From the human T2T-CHM13v2.0 reference genome, Homo sapiens: 64,000 nt of DNA. The DNA is taken from NCBI RefSeq assembly GCF_009914755.1, contig NC_060935.1, one strand, 5' to 3'. This document shows, one piece after another, positions 13,049-25,559 of this stretch (the first letter of the stretch is position 1; each line of letters begins with the position of its first letter). The position numbers and the translations under genes were made by a program. Under the pieces are notes generated by a model. It was not told the DNA's origin, did not search any database, and saw only the letters and a program-made list of their open reading frames with translations.

Positions 13049-13919
13049 AAAAAGGAAAACATACCTTGAGCTGAATTTGAAGACAGAAAAAGGTCTGGAT
13101 AGGTAGAGTCAGGCTCTTGTTGAGCCAGGAGTCAAATGACCCAATCAGAAGGCATTAAGGAAGGTGAATCTGGTGTGCTGTGTGGATAAGATGGGCAATG
13201 AGTGCAGGCAAGGTCTTCAAACCAAGATTCTCTGGCTCCTTGTTGAGGATTTGGAGAGGCCAAGGGCCTCAGACTTGCATAGCCAGCTTAGCTAAACTAA
13301 ACTTTTGCAGTTAAAGCAGACATGGTTTCCTTGTTACGGTCACTACTCAAGCCGATCCCTTAAAGGGAGAGGGGTCTTGGCCTCCACTGTCACCCCAAGT
13401 GACTGATGGGGCAGTCCTTTACATTTCTAGTGTCATTTCTAGTTTATCTTCTGGTGTTATTTTTTCATAGCCTCCAAGTGATTGGCACCTTGGCCCTCTC
13501 CCTACCTCCTACTGGCCTGCTATGGCCAGGGCAAGAGCCCAGAGGGTAATAGGGCTGATGCAGTGACAGGGCCTCAGGTGATGGGGCAAGATCAGCCTGG
13601 CACACATCCTGCCACATCCTTGAGACGCTGGGTTGCACACTGCCCTGACTCGAGGGCTACCCCTCCAGCCAATGGATTTTATGGGCCTCTGTCTCCACTG
13701 GAAGCAGGAGAGAATCCAGGTCTGTCAATGCTGAGATCTCTTCTGAGTGCCTGCTGTTCCATGTTTCCCACCTGGCGAAACACTCATCAAATGAGTTTTG
13801 TTGGGTGGGGAAATGCTCCTGATACACTGTCACCAACTAAGCCACAAAACAGTATTACTGCATGAGACTCCTATTAAAAGACAGAGATAAAGAGACAGTG
13901 AGAAGGGGAAGGACAGGGA

Positions 13920-14048
13920 GGTGATACACCTCAGATATAGTAGCTGCTTCTAGGTAGTGGAATATGGATGAATTTTTGTTCTTTGTGCTTTTCTGTATTT
14001 TCCAAATTTTTGAACATGAATATGTATTACTTTTGTAATCAGAGAAAA
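13920..14048 (+). mobile_element. old L1 (L1ME/MC-type) 3' terminal fragment
   Basis: TTTTCTGTATTTTCCAAATTTTTG...ATGTATTACTTTTGTAATCAGAGAAAA. Confidence 0.7.
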
Positions 14049-14864
14049 GGACAGCACATGGTAATTTTTAAAAAGCCTTTGTTGGGCTTTATGCTCACTT
14101 GGGCTTGGTGCCCTTGTGGATTCCACACAGAAAATTGTAGGGTCCTTGACCCTCAGAGCTTCTCATCCCAAATACACCTGCTGCTCTGCCTGAAGGGTCC
14201 AGAGACAGTCCTGGGGAGCCACAGAACAGCCCTTCACACCTAACCCCTCAGAGCAAACAAAACAGCCTGGAGTGGAGGCACCAGGCATAGGGTGAAAAAG
14301 GATGGAGCCAGAAAGGGAGGTGGGCATTCCTGGGGACCTAGGGTCACCTTCATCTCTTCTTTAGTCAATCCAGAAAGCCCTCAGCCTTTTGGATGAGACA
14401 GCAATTAGAAACTAGAAGGGGCTAGCCTTGCAGATGAGGCTGAGAGGAGCCCAGCGTGGGCTCATCAGAGTGTGCAGATGGCCACCCCAGCATGGCCTGG
14501 CTCCTCATGGCCATTCCTTGCTGGAGAAATCCCCATGTTTTCAAGGACTGACTCTCCCCCGATAGAAATCGGCTTGGTAAGGGAACCGGAATGGGTTTAG
14601 CAAGGCAGAGAGGAGGCTGAAAGACAGTATCTTGATTTGAATCGGTGGTATAAAAACCGGCAAGTCTGGGATTCTAACATCAGCCATTTCCCTTCCTACC
14701 CCAGGAGGGGAAGCATCATGGGTCCTAAAGATAGCCCCGTGGGAGAAAAGGGGCCTTCGAGGCTGCATGAGGCAAGGATAGAGATAAAGTCCTCCCTCTG
14801 CACTGCCCCTTAGAAGATAAGGTGGGCTGCTGCTGGTTTACGCATAAAAGCTGCACGTTATAAC

Positions 14865-15050
14865 CATAATCCTGGGCATTTATAGAGCACCTTTCCTGCT
14901 CTCTAAGAGCTTTTATGTACCTCATCTTATTAGACAGGGGGGAAACTGAGTTTCAGAGGAAAAAAAAAAAGCAGCATGCCCAAGGGCATAGAGTAGTACA
15001 GCCAGGACTGCAGCCTGGGGCTCCAGACTCCCGAATCAGGCTTCTTTCCC
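14865..15050 (-). mobile_element. MIR
   Basis: GCATTTATAGAGCAC...GGGGAAACTGAGTTTCAGAG...TGCCCAAGG. Confidence 0.7.
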
Positions 15051-15259
15051 AAGACCAGCTGAGTAATTTACACACGTCCACTCATGTTTCTGAGCTCCAG
15101 GGGACCCTGCCCAGGGAACGGGGTGCCTGTGTTCTGGAGATGTTGTCTGAAAGCCCAGATTCTCTCTGATTTCACTCCTAGCCCCAATACCTCCAAGTTG
15201 CCCATCTTATGTCATCAAGTTTGAACAAATCCACTCCTTACAATCTGAAAGACGTGGTT

Positions 15260-15560
15260 GGCCAGGCAAGGTGACTCACACCTGTAATCCCAGCGCTTTG
15301 GGAGGCTGAGATAGGTGGATTGCATGAGCCCAGGAGCTCACAACCAGATTAGGCAACATAGCGGACCCTGTGTCTACAAAAAATACAAAATTAAGCCGGG
15401 CACGGTAGCTTGTGCCTATGGCCCCAGCTACTCAGGAAGCTGAGGTAGGAGGATCCTTGAGCCCAGGAGGTAGAGGTTGCAGTGAGCCGAGATGGCACTA
15501 CTGCACTCCAGCCTGGGAGACAGACCGAGACCCTGTCTCAAAAAAATAAAAATAAAACAA
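15260..15560 (+). mobile_element. AluJ (Jb-like)
   Basis: J diagnostics; TSD AAAGACGTGGTT/AAAGACACGGTT. Confidence 0.95.
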
Positions 15561-15708
15561 AAGACACGGTTCTGAGGTCCTCAAGAAGAAATCCCTGACG
15601 GGGTTCCTGTCTGCCTACAAGCCCAAGAGGATACCTGCATAACCGGCCTGCGCGAGCCTTCTGGGCGCCTCAGCTTGAACAAAAGACGCCTTTGCGAACA
15701 TTAGAATA

Positions 15709-15727
15709 GGGCGCCCCCTCCTGGCGG
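15709..15727 (-). promoter_or_regulatory. candidate CTCF site
   Basis: Minus strand reads CCGCCAGGAGGGGGCGCCC, one core mismatch to the CCASYAGRKGGCRS consensus, in a locally CpG-retaining patch. Confidence 0.65.
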
Positions 15728-16579
15728 ATGAATTAGAAGGCAAGGCCCTCAGGCTGGCTGTGCGCCCTCAGGTCCAGTGACTTCAGCTCTCTCCCAACCC
15801 AGGGGCGGGCCCTGTGCAGGGCATGCAAGGGGCTTCACCCCCAAGCACCAGAAACGCCCAGAAAGCCACCCCAGGGCTGTCTCCCCATCCTCCCTCCCTG
15901 TGCGCACACACTATTTTCTTTCAAGCTTTCCACCTGGTTGATCAGGAAGGCTCCTCACCTCACACCCCGCCCCTTGCCAATGGTCTGGATTGGATTTCCA
16001 ACTCCCTATGTAGAGCTGATGAGGTCTCATTCCCACGGGGAACCAGAGCACTTTCCTCCTTCTCTGCCACCCCCACCCACCCCCCTTGGAGAGCTCCTTT
16101 ATGCTCTATTTTTAGTTTCTTGATTGCAAGTGAGAAGTCGGAATCAGAGAACGTCGGGAAAATGCAGCAGGAACCAACCCTGAGAAATGGACAGCAGCAT
16201 GGGGAGGGAGCAGAGGGGCCCATGGGAGGGGGAGCCATGGCACCCCGAGAGCCTCCAGCCCCAAACTCACTGGTGCACAGGAAGGACCCGGGCGTGTTCT
16301 CCGTCCTTCTCCAGGCCAGCAGGGAAAGGGGTCTGGAGGAAGGCCACAGAGCTGGAAGGCCCTCTAGAGGCCTCCTAGCCCAGCCTGCTCCTTTCCAGAG
16401 GAGGAAACTGAGTCATGCAGCTGGGCAGTGAGTGGCGGGGCCGCAAGAGGTCCCCTGATTCCTGAGGCATCTTTCTGTGGTTCTGCACAAGGAGGTCCCA
16501 CAGCTTGGCCGGGAGCATGTCCCCCTGACTCCTCCTCAAAGCGGATGTCACCTCCATACCATCCTGAACGCCAAGACCC

Positions 16580-17350
16580 AGACGGGCCTCTCTGACAGCC
16601 CAGCCCGGCCCGGCGCAGGCCACAGTCACCCCCACAGCCTCCCGGCCACCTTCGAGTTGCCCAGTGCTCACTTTCCCTTACCCGCAGAAGTCGGCGGTGG
16701 CCCATGCATCACCTCCCTCCCGAGCAGAGACAGAAACACTCGGGGCCAGGAGCGCTCCCCGCACGAGCCGCCGCACTCCCTAAATGAATGAACTGGCTGC
16801 TCCAAAACCGCGGCGCAATTGGCAGTTATTGCTGGCAGTTTATCAGTATTAACTGATTAGGCCCGGGATGATGGATCCCCTGTCTCGCAAAGCCCGCCGC
16901 CCCACGAGCCGCGCCCCACCCTCAGCCGCCCCCAGGCAGCCTGCACGACCCAGCTCCTGGAGGCGCCCGGGCCCGCATCAGCCTCCGGAAGGCCCCGGCC
17001 CCCGCGTGCACCCGCTCCCACTCCCCACGGGCCCCTCCCTGTAAAAGAGACACATTTAAATAAATAAAACAAAATTCAAATGAGGACACTAAATCTCCCC
17101 GGCGTTTAATTGATGATCATTATGCTTGGGAACCTAAACTCTTTTAATTTCACTGCAGTGCAGGGAGATGAATTATAGAATTACAGTCGCCAATTATCAA
17201 TCACGCCTTTGCTCTGCGTCTCTTGGCTGCCCAGCCGGCTCACCCTCCCTCTCGCAGGCCGGGGGTTGAAGAGGCGGGATAATAGCCTTGGAAACAGAAG
17301 CTCAGCGGGGGAGAGGGGAACGAACCCCAGGTTTCGAGATGCCCGGTTTC
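16580..17350. promoter_or_regulatory. CpG island (no associated coding gene seen)
   Basis: High GC; ~30 CpG in 16681-17040 by manual count; repeat-free. Confidence 0.8.
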
Positions 17351-17764
17351 TCTCTCTCTCTGTCACCACCTCCTTCCTAATATGCCACCTTTGCCACTTC
17401 ATTTAACAAAAAGAAAATAATAAACAGCAGCAGAGAAAAGAAAACCCTTTTTCATTTAGAGCTTGGCGTTTAATTCGTTTTGTTCAGGGTAAGATGGGCT
17501 GGTGGCTTCAGTCCCCATACTGGGCAGGATTCCAGTAGCAACTACTGCCCCCACCCAAGCAGCTGCAGCCCAGTCCACCTCGCTGCAGGGCACTGGAAGG
17601 AGGATGCTTCAGAGGGGCCCAAGCAAGCTTGAGTGCCACCCCGCACACAGGGCTGGAACCCCAGCTTCCACCATCAGGGACTGATTCCGTTGCCCTCTCC
17701 TTCCTGTCCTTTACTGTGAAAATAATAATAATAATTTGAATAATAATTTCCACCAAAGCTGTGA

Positions 17765-17880
17765 ATGATTTGCATTTGTATAGTGCTCCGCAATTTACAA
17801 AGTGCTTTCATGTGCATTATCTCATTTGATCCTCCCGATAATCCTGAGAGAGGTCGGTAGAGCAGGTATTCTTGTTATTC
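17765..17880 (-). mobile_element. MIR core (well preserved)
   Basis: GCATTTGTATAGTGCT...TTTACAAAGTGCTTTCATGTGCATTATCTCATTTGATCCTC. Confidence 0.8.
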
Positions 17881-17884
17881 AAAC

Positions 17885-18000
17885 GTTTATTCATTCATTT
17901 GACTAACATTTATTGAGTTTCTACTTTATGCCAGGCCCTGGGGATATAAAGACAAGAAAAAAGGTGGGCTCCTTCCTCAAGGATTTGCAATCTGTTAGCG
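17885..18000 (-). mobile_element. L2 3' end
   Basis: TTCATTCATTTGACTAACATTTATTGAG...ATGCCAGGCCCTGGGGATATAAAGAC. Confidence 0.8.
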
Positions 18001-19369
18001 AGAGCCTACTAAGTGAGGCCTAGGGACAAACGGTTCCACTTCACAGGGGAGGGACGGGAGGCTGGGAGGGGCCCAGCAAGCTGACCACAGTTGTGAGTGA
18101 CAGGGCCAGATCGGCCCCCACATTTGCTGCATATGGCTCTAAGTATGCGCTTTCCATCTACGTTATTATGTTGTCACCATTGTCTTCATCTCATCTATTT
18201 TTTTAAAGTACCCACATAAATTCATTTCTAGCCAAAAATACATACTCATGGGTAAACAGTTGTAGGACAGGAGAGAAAAGTTTGGGAGCCTCTGACACCA
18301 ACAAATCTCTCAAGGCCAAGTGCATTCCCACTATGTAAAGGGAGATGAGGGGTGCGCGAGCACCAGATGCCTGGGTCCTCCCTGCACACCTGGCACCTGA
18401 GGTTCCTTCCTGGGATTTTGCTTTGAAAATTCTGGTCAAGTTTTCATGGTTGATTGATTGGTTGGTTGACTGATTTGTTGTTTGTAATACTGTTTTATTC
18501 CAAAAAGGATTCCAGGTGGACCAAGAGTATGCATTCTCTCCTAGAGGAGTCAGAAGGATAAACGCGGTTTGCCCACCTGTCAATCACTGCTCTATTCACT
18601 TACCAGACCCATCCCCACGTTTAGTCTATGAATGGAGGCCCAGTGTTTGCAGTCTGACTCTGGTCCATGGCTTCTTAATCACCTCAGACCCTCTGCCCGC
18701 AGGGTCTAATGGGGGTAGAATTAACCTTGGCCAGGTCACTTAGCTCAGCCCCACTGCAAAGAGGCTGGGTCCTCAGAGTCCCTGAGCTAGTGACCCAGGC
18801 AAGGAAGCACAGAGCTAGGGGACACTCGGCAGAGCCAGATCATCGTCTTCACCTCTTTCTGCAGAGCTAAATACCTCCAAGAGGAGGTCCTGCAGGGATC
18901 ACAGCCTGGGTCAGAGCCCACCGGTCTGCCTGGCCAAAGCCAGGACAACTCTATCCTGTCACCAGCTGGCTTCCCTGGGCTCTAGGCCACTGGCCTCCAG
19001 CCATGGGCCAGGCACCCAGCCATGCCAGGGAGCCAAGCAGCCCTGGCACTGACAACCCTGTAACATTCTCGTAGGTCTTGGAAGGCTGAGATGGAACCAG
19101 GACACTCTGTCGAAAATATGTCTCCATCCTTAGGTAGGGAAGGCCTACCAACCATTTCCTAGCCCTGCGGCCTTCCTTCCAAACCACATCCCACACCACC
19201 ACCTGTCCCTGCCCCGTGCCTGGTCCCACAAGGACAGGGGAAGCTTACCCTTCAGCTTCTGCCACCTCCAGACCTCCTGCCCTCCTTTCACATCATTTTG
19301 CACTCATGTTTAACTTTGTCCTTTTATACCTCTCCAAGCCCTGCCTCTTATGCTCCATCTCCAGCCCTG

Positions 19370-19657
19370 CCTTCAAAACCCACTTCAGCTATCACCTTCT
19401 CTGAGAAGCCCTCCTAACTACGCCACCACCATTACCAAACCAGAGTTCATTTCTGCCTCCTCTGTGTGTCCTGGGTGTCTTGCACAAGCTTCATTCAGTT
19501 AGTCTCCCTACCATGAATTGCAGGGCAAGTAATCTATCTACACATCTGCTTCTCCTCTGTGCTGTCACTGCCTTCCAGGCAAGGCCTGTTTCTGTAATTA
19601 TTGCATCTCTAATACCTGCTACAGCACCTCACCCACAATAGGGCCTCAACTAACATT
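19370..19657 (+). mobile_element. L2 3' fragment
   Basis: CCTTCAAAACCCACTTCAG...CACCTTCTCTGAGAAGCCCTCC...CAGGCAAGGCCTGTTTCTG. Confidence 0.6.
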
Positions 19658-19678
19658 CACAGACCCGAAGCCCTGTCC

Positions 19679-19791
19679 TGGGGTGACCAGCTCAGCCTGG
19701 TTTGCCCAGGACTCCCTCACTTTTAGCAATGAAAGTCCTACATACTGAGAAACCCCTCAGTCTCTGGCAAACTAGGATGGTTGGTGCCCCT
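19679..19791. mobile_element. MER81-like hAT-Blackjack MITE
   Basis: GGGTGACCAG...TTTTAGCAATGAAAGTCC...AAACCCCTCAGTC...GATGGTTGGTGCCCCT with imperfect TIRs. Confidence 0.8.
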
Positions 19792-20227
19792 CCTCTGTGC
19801 CCTTCACTTGGAGCTGAGAGTTGGAGTCCTCGAGTAATGTGAGACCTGTCTGCAAGGCTGTTATCCAAGTCCATGATGACTTCGGGGCAGGGTGAAGCAC
19901 CTCTAGGCATAGTTTCCACCATACAGGCCTGAGCATCCAGAGAGTTCCAGAATGGATTCACATGACTCAGACTTCTTCAGAAATGGAACACTTTGGAAGC
20001 CATCTGGGATAGGAAACGGAGGCCTGGAAAAATGGAAAATGGCCTACCCACGATGGCACTGGAAGACGGAAAGACACAGCAGAGTGACAGCAAGGATACT
20101 AGACTGGGAGTCCCAGGACTTATAGGCCCAGCTCCACCATGACACAAGCTGCCTTCACCCCTGAGAAAAAGAATACAATGGGCAGATGTGGCCCGCCTGC
20201 CTCCATCCAGGCAGGGCGAGGGGAACT

Positions 20228-20423
20228 AGCAGTTAATGAATGAATCCTCCGCTCTGTGGCACAAGCTCTCCACTCATTATTTTATTGAATCCTCTCAACA
20301 ACACTGTGCCGTTTTACAGAAGAGAAAACCAAGGCTCAGAGAAGTCAAATGATTTTTCTAAGCTCAACCAGCTGATGGTAGTGCTGGGTTTCTAGATCAG
20401 CCCCAGCCCTTTCCACTACACCA
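20228..20423 (-). mobile_element. MIR
   Basis: AATCCTCTCAACAAC...TTTTACAGAAGAGAAAACCAAGGCTCAGAGAAGTC. Confidence 0.8.
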
Positions 20424-21399
20424 CCAGGCCCTCAATTATTGTGGTTCAAGTTCCTGCAAATCCAGCTTTCTCTGGGTCCCAAAGTGGCCAGATGTCAGGT
20501 GCCCCATTGTTGCTGAATCCGACGCTCAGCATCAGGGAGAGGAAGGAGATCTCAAGTGGCACCAGGCTGTGGGTGTCCACCCTAGGACAGAGAAGGGCGT
20601 GGGCAGAGCAGGCAGGAGGCCACTGTCCACAATACTCCTCTGAAACCCAGATCTCAGCGGGGAGAAAAAGGAAGGAGCTGTTTAACAATTAAACCTATCT
20701 TGTTCAGAAAGAAGTGAAGGGAAATATTGCTGGGGATGGAAAGCATGAAAGGAAGACGCAAAGGAGGAATGAATAGTATTTGCAGCCGATGAAAGGAGTA
20801 GGGGCAGAAGTGCGGGTCGTGGGTGGCCAGGGGGAGGAGCCTCCCGCCACCTCCAGTTTCCACCAGCCAATGTCCTCACAACACTCTACTACCCTGGGCG
20901 CTGTGTGTCTGCAGATGAATTAGACACAGGCTCTGCTCTGCGGACACCGCCACCCACTCTAGGAGGGGCAGCACTACCCTCGTTTCTTAGACGCCCCCCC
21001 TTCTTTCTAAAGTCAAACCTACAAGAGCAAGGGCTGAAAATTTGCTTCTAGCTGAGCCCATGAAATGGCCTCGCCCCAGTTCCTGTCCCATTCCCAGCAG
21101 ATGGTCAGAGGCTTCCACAGCCACAAGAAGACCCTGCTACCCGGCCCCCAGCAGCTTGGCGGGCCCACAGCTTGACTCCACCCCCTTCCTGGAATACAGG
21201 GTGGCATCAGCTGCCCAGCCAGGACTGGGGAGCCTCTTGAAGGGGACCTGCAGGGTTCCTGTCTAGTTTTGAGCCAGCCTCAAAAGTGACAGATGAGCTC
21301 ATTAACCTCAGGAGCCACCAGCCCGGTCCTGCCTGTTCTCCCCCAGCCCCTGCTCCTCCCAACCTATCTTTCTGGCCCAGGCCCCCGTATCTTCTTTGC

Positions 21400-21900
21400 A
21401 GCCTCAAATAGCTGTGTTTCTGAAATGTAAAGTGCAGTTTCTCTTCTAATTACAAAAATAACAGCTGACAAACACACGCCAGCGGCCCCCTCTTTTCCTC
21501 CTAAGCTAACAGCCCCATTAGGGCAGATCCTGTTATCTTCCATGCCCTCTCCATATATTTTATGGAACCTCAAAAGTACTCTGTGTCTTGCTCTCTCTCG
21601 CTCTCCCTCCCTCTCTCTCTCTCCCTTTCAAGGCGATAGCTTTGTGAAAGCTGAGGAGGAAAATAAAGCCTTTTACTAAAATGTCACTCTGGGAAAAGGT
21701 GGGGAAGTTTTCTAATAGGCCATCGAAGGCTTGCTTTTTTTTTTTTAAAGTGTGATAAATTTGGCCTGTCTTAAAAAGACAGCTCAGTGTTGCTTATCAA
21801 CTGTGATTTGACCAGATAGCCGTTTCAAAAAACAGACACTGGTCTTTTTATAATAAATGAAAGCAATAAAGCCAAGAGCTGGGCCAGAACTATAATTAAG
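21400..21900. promoter_or_regulatory. candidate conserved non-coding element / enhancer
   Basis: Largely repeat-free and AT-rich; TAATTACAAAA, CAGCTGACA, TTTTATGG, TGATAA, TTATCA motifs (conservation inferred only). Confidence 0.4.
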
Positions 21901-22417
21901 AATCAGAAGCTAAAAACAGTGGTGTGTCCATGGAGGGCAGAGTCCTGTCTTTGGGTAGGAGGGAGTGGGCAAGACCGGCCGGAAGTCCTGGGATCATGAC
22001 AAGGGGGTGCTGGGGGCAACACCCCATAGGATGAGGAAGGCGGCTGCTCTTGCTCCAGGTCAGGGAGATGTGCCCTGTGGTACCACTGTCCCCTTCTCTC
22101 CTCCTCTCACTTTGGGAGCCTTCCTTCCCTGGACAGATGGGCCTATGGGTGGAGAGGAGGGGCGAGGAGAGGCTCTTCCCCACCCCCAAAGCCAAATCAG
22201 ATGCCTATTTGAAATTCAGCCAGAAATCCCCCTCCTTGCTCTGTCTGTGCACAATAAACATCGCAGACTCGGCTACTCCTAAAGAGCTGTCTGTTTAACA
22301 CAATCTCCATCTCAAGCGGCTGTTTTGCATTTCCTTTTGGCTTTATTAAAACTGATTTTCTATTTGCACTATAAAAACTGATCTGATTAAATTTCCATTT
22401 TTCCCCAAAGAAAAGAC

Positions 22418-22590
22418 TCTCCTCTCTCTCCCTCTTTCTCTCTCTCTCTCCTCTTTCTCTCTCCCCTCTGTTTCTCCTCGCCTTCCTCTCTTTCCTCCCT
22501 CCCACTCTCCCTTGCCATTCCTTTTTCTCTTTCCCCAAACAAATAATTCTTGATTATTCTCCCTCCTCATCTTTCTCTTCTTCCCCCACA
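22418..22590. repeat. CT-rich polypyrimidine low-complexity tract
   Basis: ~120 nt almost purine-free, followed by a second pyrimidine run. Confidence 0.85.
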
Positions 22591-23049
22591 GGGTCCCTGG
22601 CAGTTTCCATGGGGATGGCCATGGATGATGCTCCTAGGGAGGGAACAGAAGGGAGCTCCCACCCAGGGAAGCTGGAGCGGGGTAGCGGGAGGCCAGTGGG
22701 GCATCCTCTGTCCCAGATATCCCCATGGGCACCTCACAGTCAGGGAGAGGGTGGGGGTGGATGGCATCTGGTGCTGCCCTCAAGCTCCACGTGCTATGGT
22801 TTTAACAAAGTGAAGGCTGTGGGTTCAAACCTCCCATGGGCCACACAATGCCCTCCTTGTGTTCAGGGCCCCACCCTGGCTGAGTTGTGTGTTGACTAAG
22901 CGCACAGGGGATGGTCCAGGAGGCAAAAGAAGACTTGCAAACCCACCATCGCCTATGAGTGAGAGGCCACACCGCTTAGCTTTGCATTTTTGCTTTTCTC
23001 TCTTTCTGGACAAAAGAGGACCTCCTGTCTTTGTCATCTCTGTGTAAAG

Positions 23050-23240
23050 ACAATGACTGCCATCACTCATCAAATACCCACTATGAGGTGTGCACCAGGT
23101 CAGGGCAAAACACACACCATCTCTATGATTCTTACTCCCACTCCTGGGGAGACCATCTCAGAGAAGTTAGCGAATTGGTTCATGGGAAGAGGCAAGCCCA
23201 GGAGTACCAGCTCCAGAGCCTGGGTTTTAACCACTGCACC
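23050..23240 (-). mobile_element. MIR
   Basis: CATCACTCATCAAATACCCACTATG...CTCAGAGAAGTTAG...TTTTAACCACTG. Confidence 0.6.
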
Positions 23241-24559
23241 ACCCTGCCTCGTGGAAAGAGGGGACCCTTGTGCAGGACAAAGTCAGAGTGCCCAGAGGCT
23301 CTATAGAGAAGAGCTCAGGAAGGCATCTCAGGTGAGAAGACTGGCTGATGAAGCAGTTCCACTCTGTCCTTCCAAGGGCCACCCCGCCCCAGGTTTCCCC
23401 ACTTGCTGGGATTCCCCTGACTCTCCTCTGTTGGCCCCCAGGGTGTACGCCTGCCCTTAAAACTCCATCCTTTCCCCTTGATGCAGCTGAGGCAAGCTGG
23501 CATTTAAGAAAGATTTTTTTTTAATGTTTAAGGAAAACAAAACATAAAGAAAGATAGGAAATACAAACATCAGGCACCAGCTTATTTCCCACTGCATCAG
23601 TGCACCTATGCATTAGCAGTAATTATTGAGGAATGAGTGAATGAATGCACGTGTGAATGAATGAAGAGCTTACTTGCTTACTAGCCAAAGCAAAAAAAGG
23701 CACTGCTAAGCTTTTCTACACAACTGGGGCTGTCCACTCAGGGCTGGATTCCAGTGTAAGAGGCCAACTGCCCCAGTCTAACAGATAGAATGGCAGGTGC
23801 TTGACTTGCACACCAGAAAAGCCTTCACCTGTCAGGTGAGACCCCTCTCCCACACTCAGGGGTGGCGTTCCTCATGAAAGCCACCCAGTATAACACTTAC
23901 CCCTGCAGAAGCCATCCCATGTGCATAAGAAGAATTCACACAGATTCCTAACCATTCATCCCTAGTTACTGTCCTCTCTGGATCTAAGTCAGGACGTCCA
24001 GACCCACCAAGTCCCTTCAGGCTCCCACCCCCATATCTTGGTTCACTCTGGCCCCCAGCAATTGGGGCTCTCTTTCAACCACCACTGGTTGCACGTGGAC
24101 CTTGTGTGAGACCCAGGGAGCCTTAGGCTGGCCAGCAAAAGCCCTGGTCTGCAGACCAACGGAAGAGGTGAATTATGCCCCAGATAACTATGACACAGGT
24201 AGCAGGTGGCAGCTGCAGAGGAGAGCCACAACCGTAGAGAAAAGTGCTGTGGACACTCAGCAGGGCAAGAGACTTTTGTTCTGGTGGAGGGAAGGGGAAA
24301 GGCTTCGTGGAAGAAGCCTGTCAATAAGTCCCCGTATTCCGAAACATAAAGAAGGATTTTCCAAGCAAAGGGACCACCTGAGCCAAAGCTTGGATGCTGA
24401 AAAAAACAGGAGTGACAAGCCACTCAGTTTGCTCCGGGCAGGGTGTGGCAAGGGGGACAGTAGGAAAGAACACCAGTGGTGGGCTGGGCCAGGACACAGA
24501 GGGCTTGGATGTCACAGTGCAAAGGGAGCCCCTGGGAGCCAAGTGCCTTTCTCCTTCAT

Positions 24560-25095
24560 CTTTACCTGTCTAATCCTCCTTGCCCTCCAATGTGCAGTTG
24601 AAAGCCCACTTCCTCCAGGAAGCCTTTCCTGATCTCTCCAGGAGGGCTCTGTTCTCTGCTAAGCTCCTCTGCACTTACACTCAACACCACTCACTGGACT
24701 TGAAGAATTTAAGTCCTTCCAGGTGCCAGCCTGGCAGAACCACTGTCACCAGGACAGCAAGCTCCTGCTCTCCCCAGCATTTGACCATGGCTCCTCCCTC
24801 CCTCTCCTACCCATCTCCTGCTTGCTGACTTCTGCCTGCCCATCCTCAGGGGTGAGGTCCAGGAAGCCTTCCTTATCCTAGGCCTGTCATCTCTGGCCCT
24901 ACATCATCCCATGCTTCCAACATCCACACCGCATGAACATCCCTGCTCATGCCTCTTTCTCCTCCACCAGAGCATGGGCTCCTCATAGGCATGGACTATT
25001 TCCCTGATCCCTACATTCAGTGCACCCAGCACAGTGTCTAACACAGTTTGGGTCTTCAACAAATGTTTGTTAAATGAATGGACAAACAAATGAAA
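24560..25095 (+). mobile_element. L2 fragments incl. 3' end
   Basis: CACTTCCTCCAGGAAGCCTTTCCTGAT; CCCAGCACAGTGTCTAACACAG...CAACAAATGTTTGTTAAATGAATG. Confidence 0.75.
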
Positions 25096-25559
25096 TACTG
25101 CCTTGTGAATATCTCGCATTGTGGTTTTGGTTTGCTGTGTAACCCCCGTGGAAACATTGTTCCTTCAGTTTGCAAGTCCCCTAAGGGCAGGTGCCTATCC
25201 TCATACCCTCAGCATTTAGCACAGTGCTGTGGTTACACAGGTGTTCCCCACCTTTTTGACCAAAAAATCTGGATCATGTGGTTTGAACTAAGTCTTATAC
25301 TTGAAGTCTCAGGAAGCTTCCCAAAGGAAGCAAAGCCATGTTTCTGCAAGTAGGGATGATGCAGCCCCGTTGGAGGCCTGAGGCAAAGAGAGCGACCTCC
25401 AGAGCCCAAGCCCCATGAGGGCAGGGGTCTGTGCCTGCCTTGTCCACTCCTCTGTCCTGTGCCTGGCATCTAACAGGTGCTCAGAACGTACTTGCAAAAA
25501 GAAATGTGGTCATGCGCAGAAAGCCACCTCGACAACTGTAAACAGCGTATAAAGGTTTC

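Noticed and set aside
15814-16431. Longest ORF (205 aa) next to the CpG island
   Set aside because: GTG start, low-complexity P/A/G/S composition, no recognisable domain; long ORFs are expected by chance in GC-rich DNA
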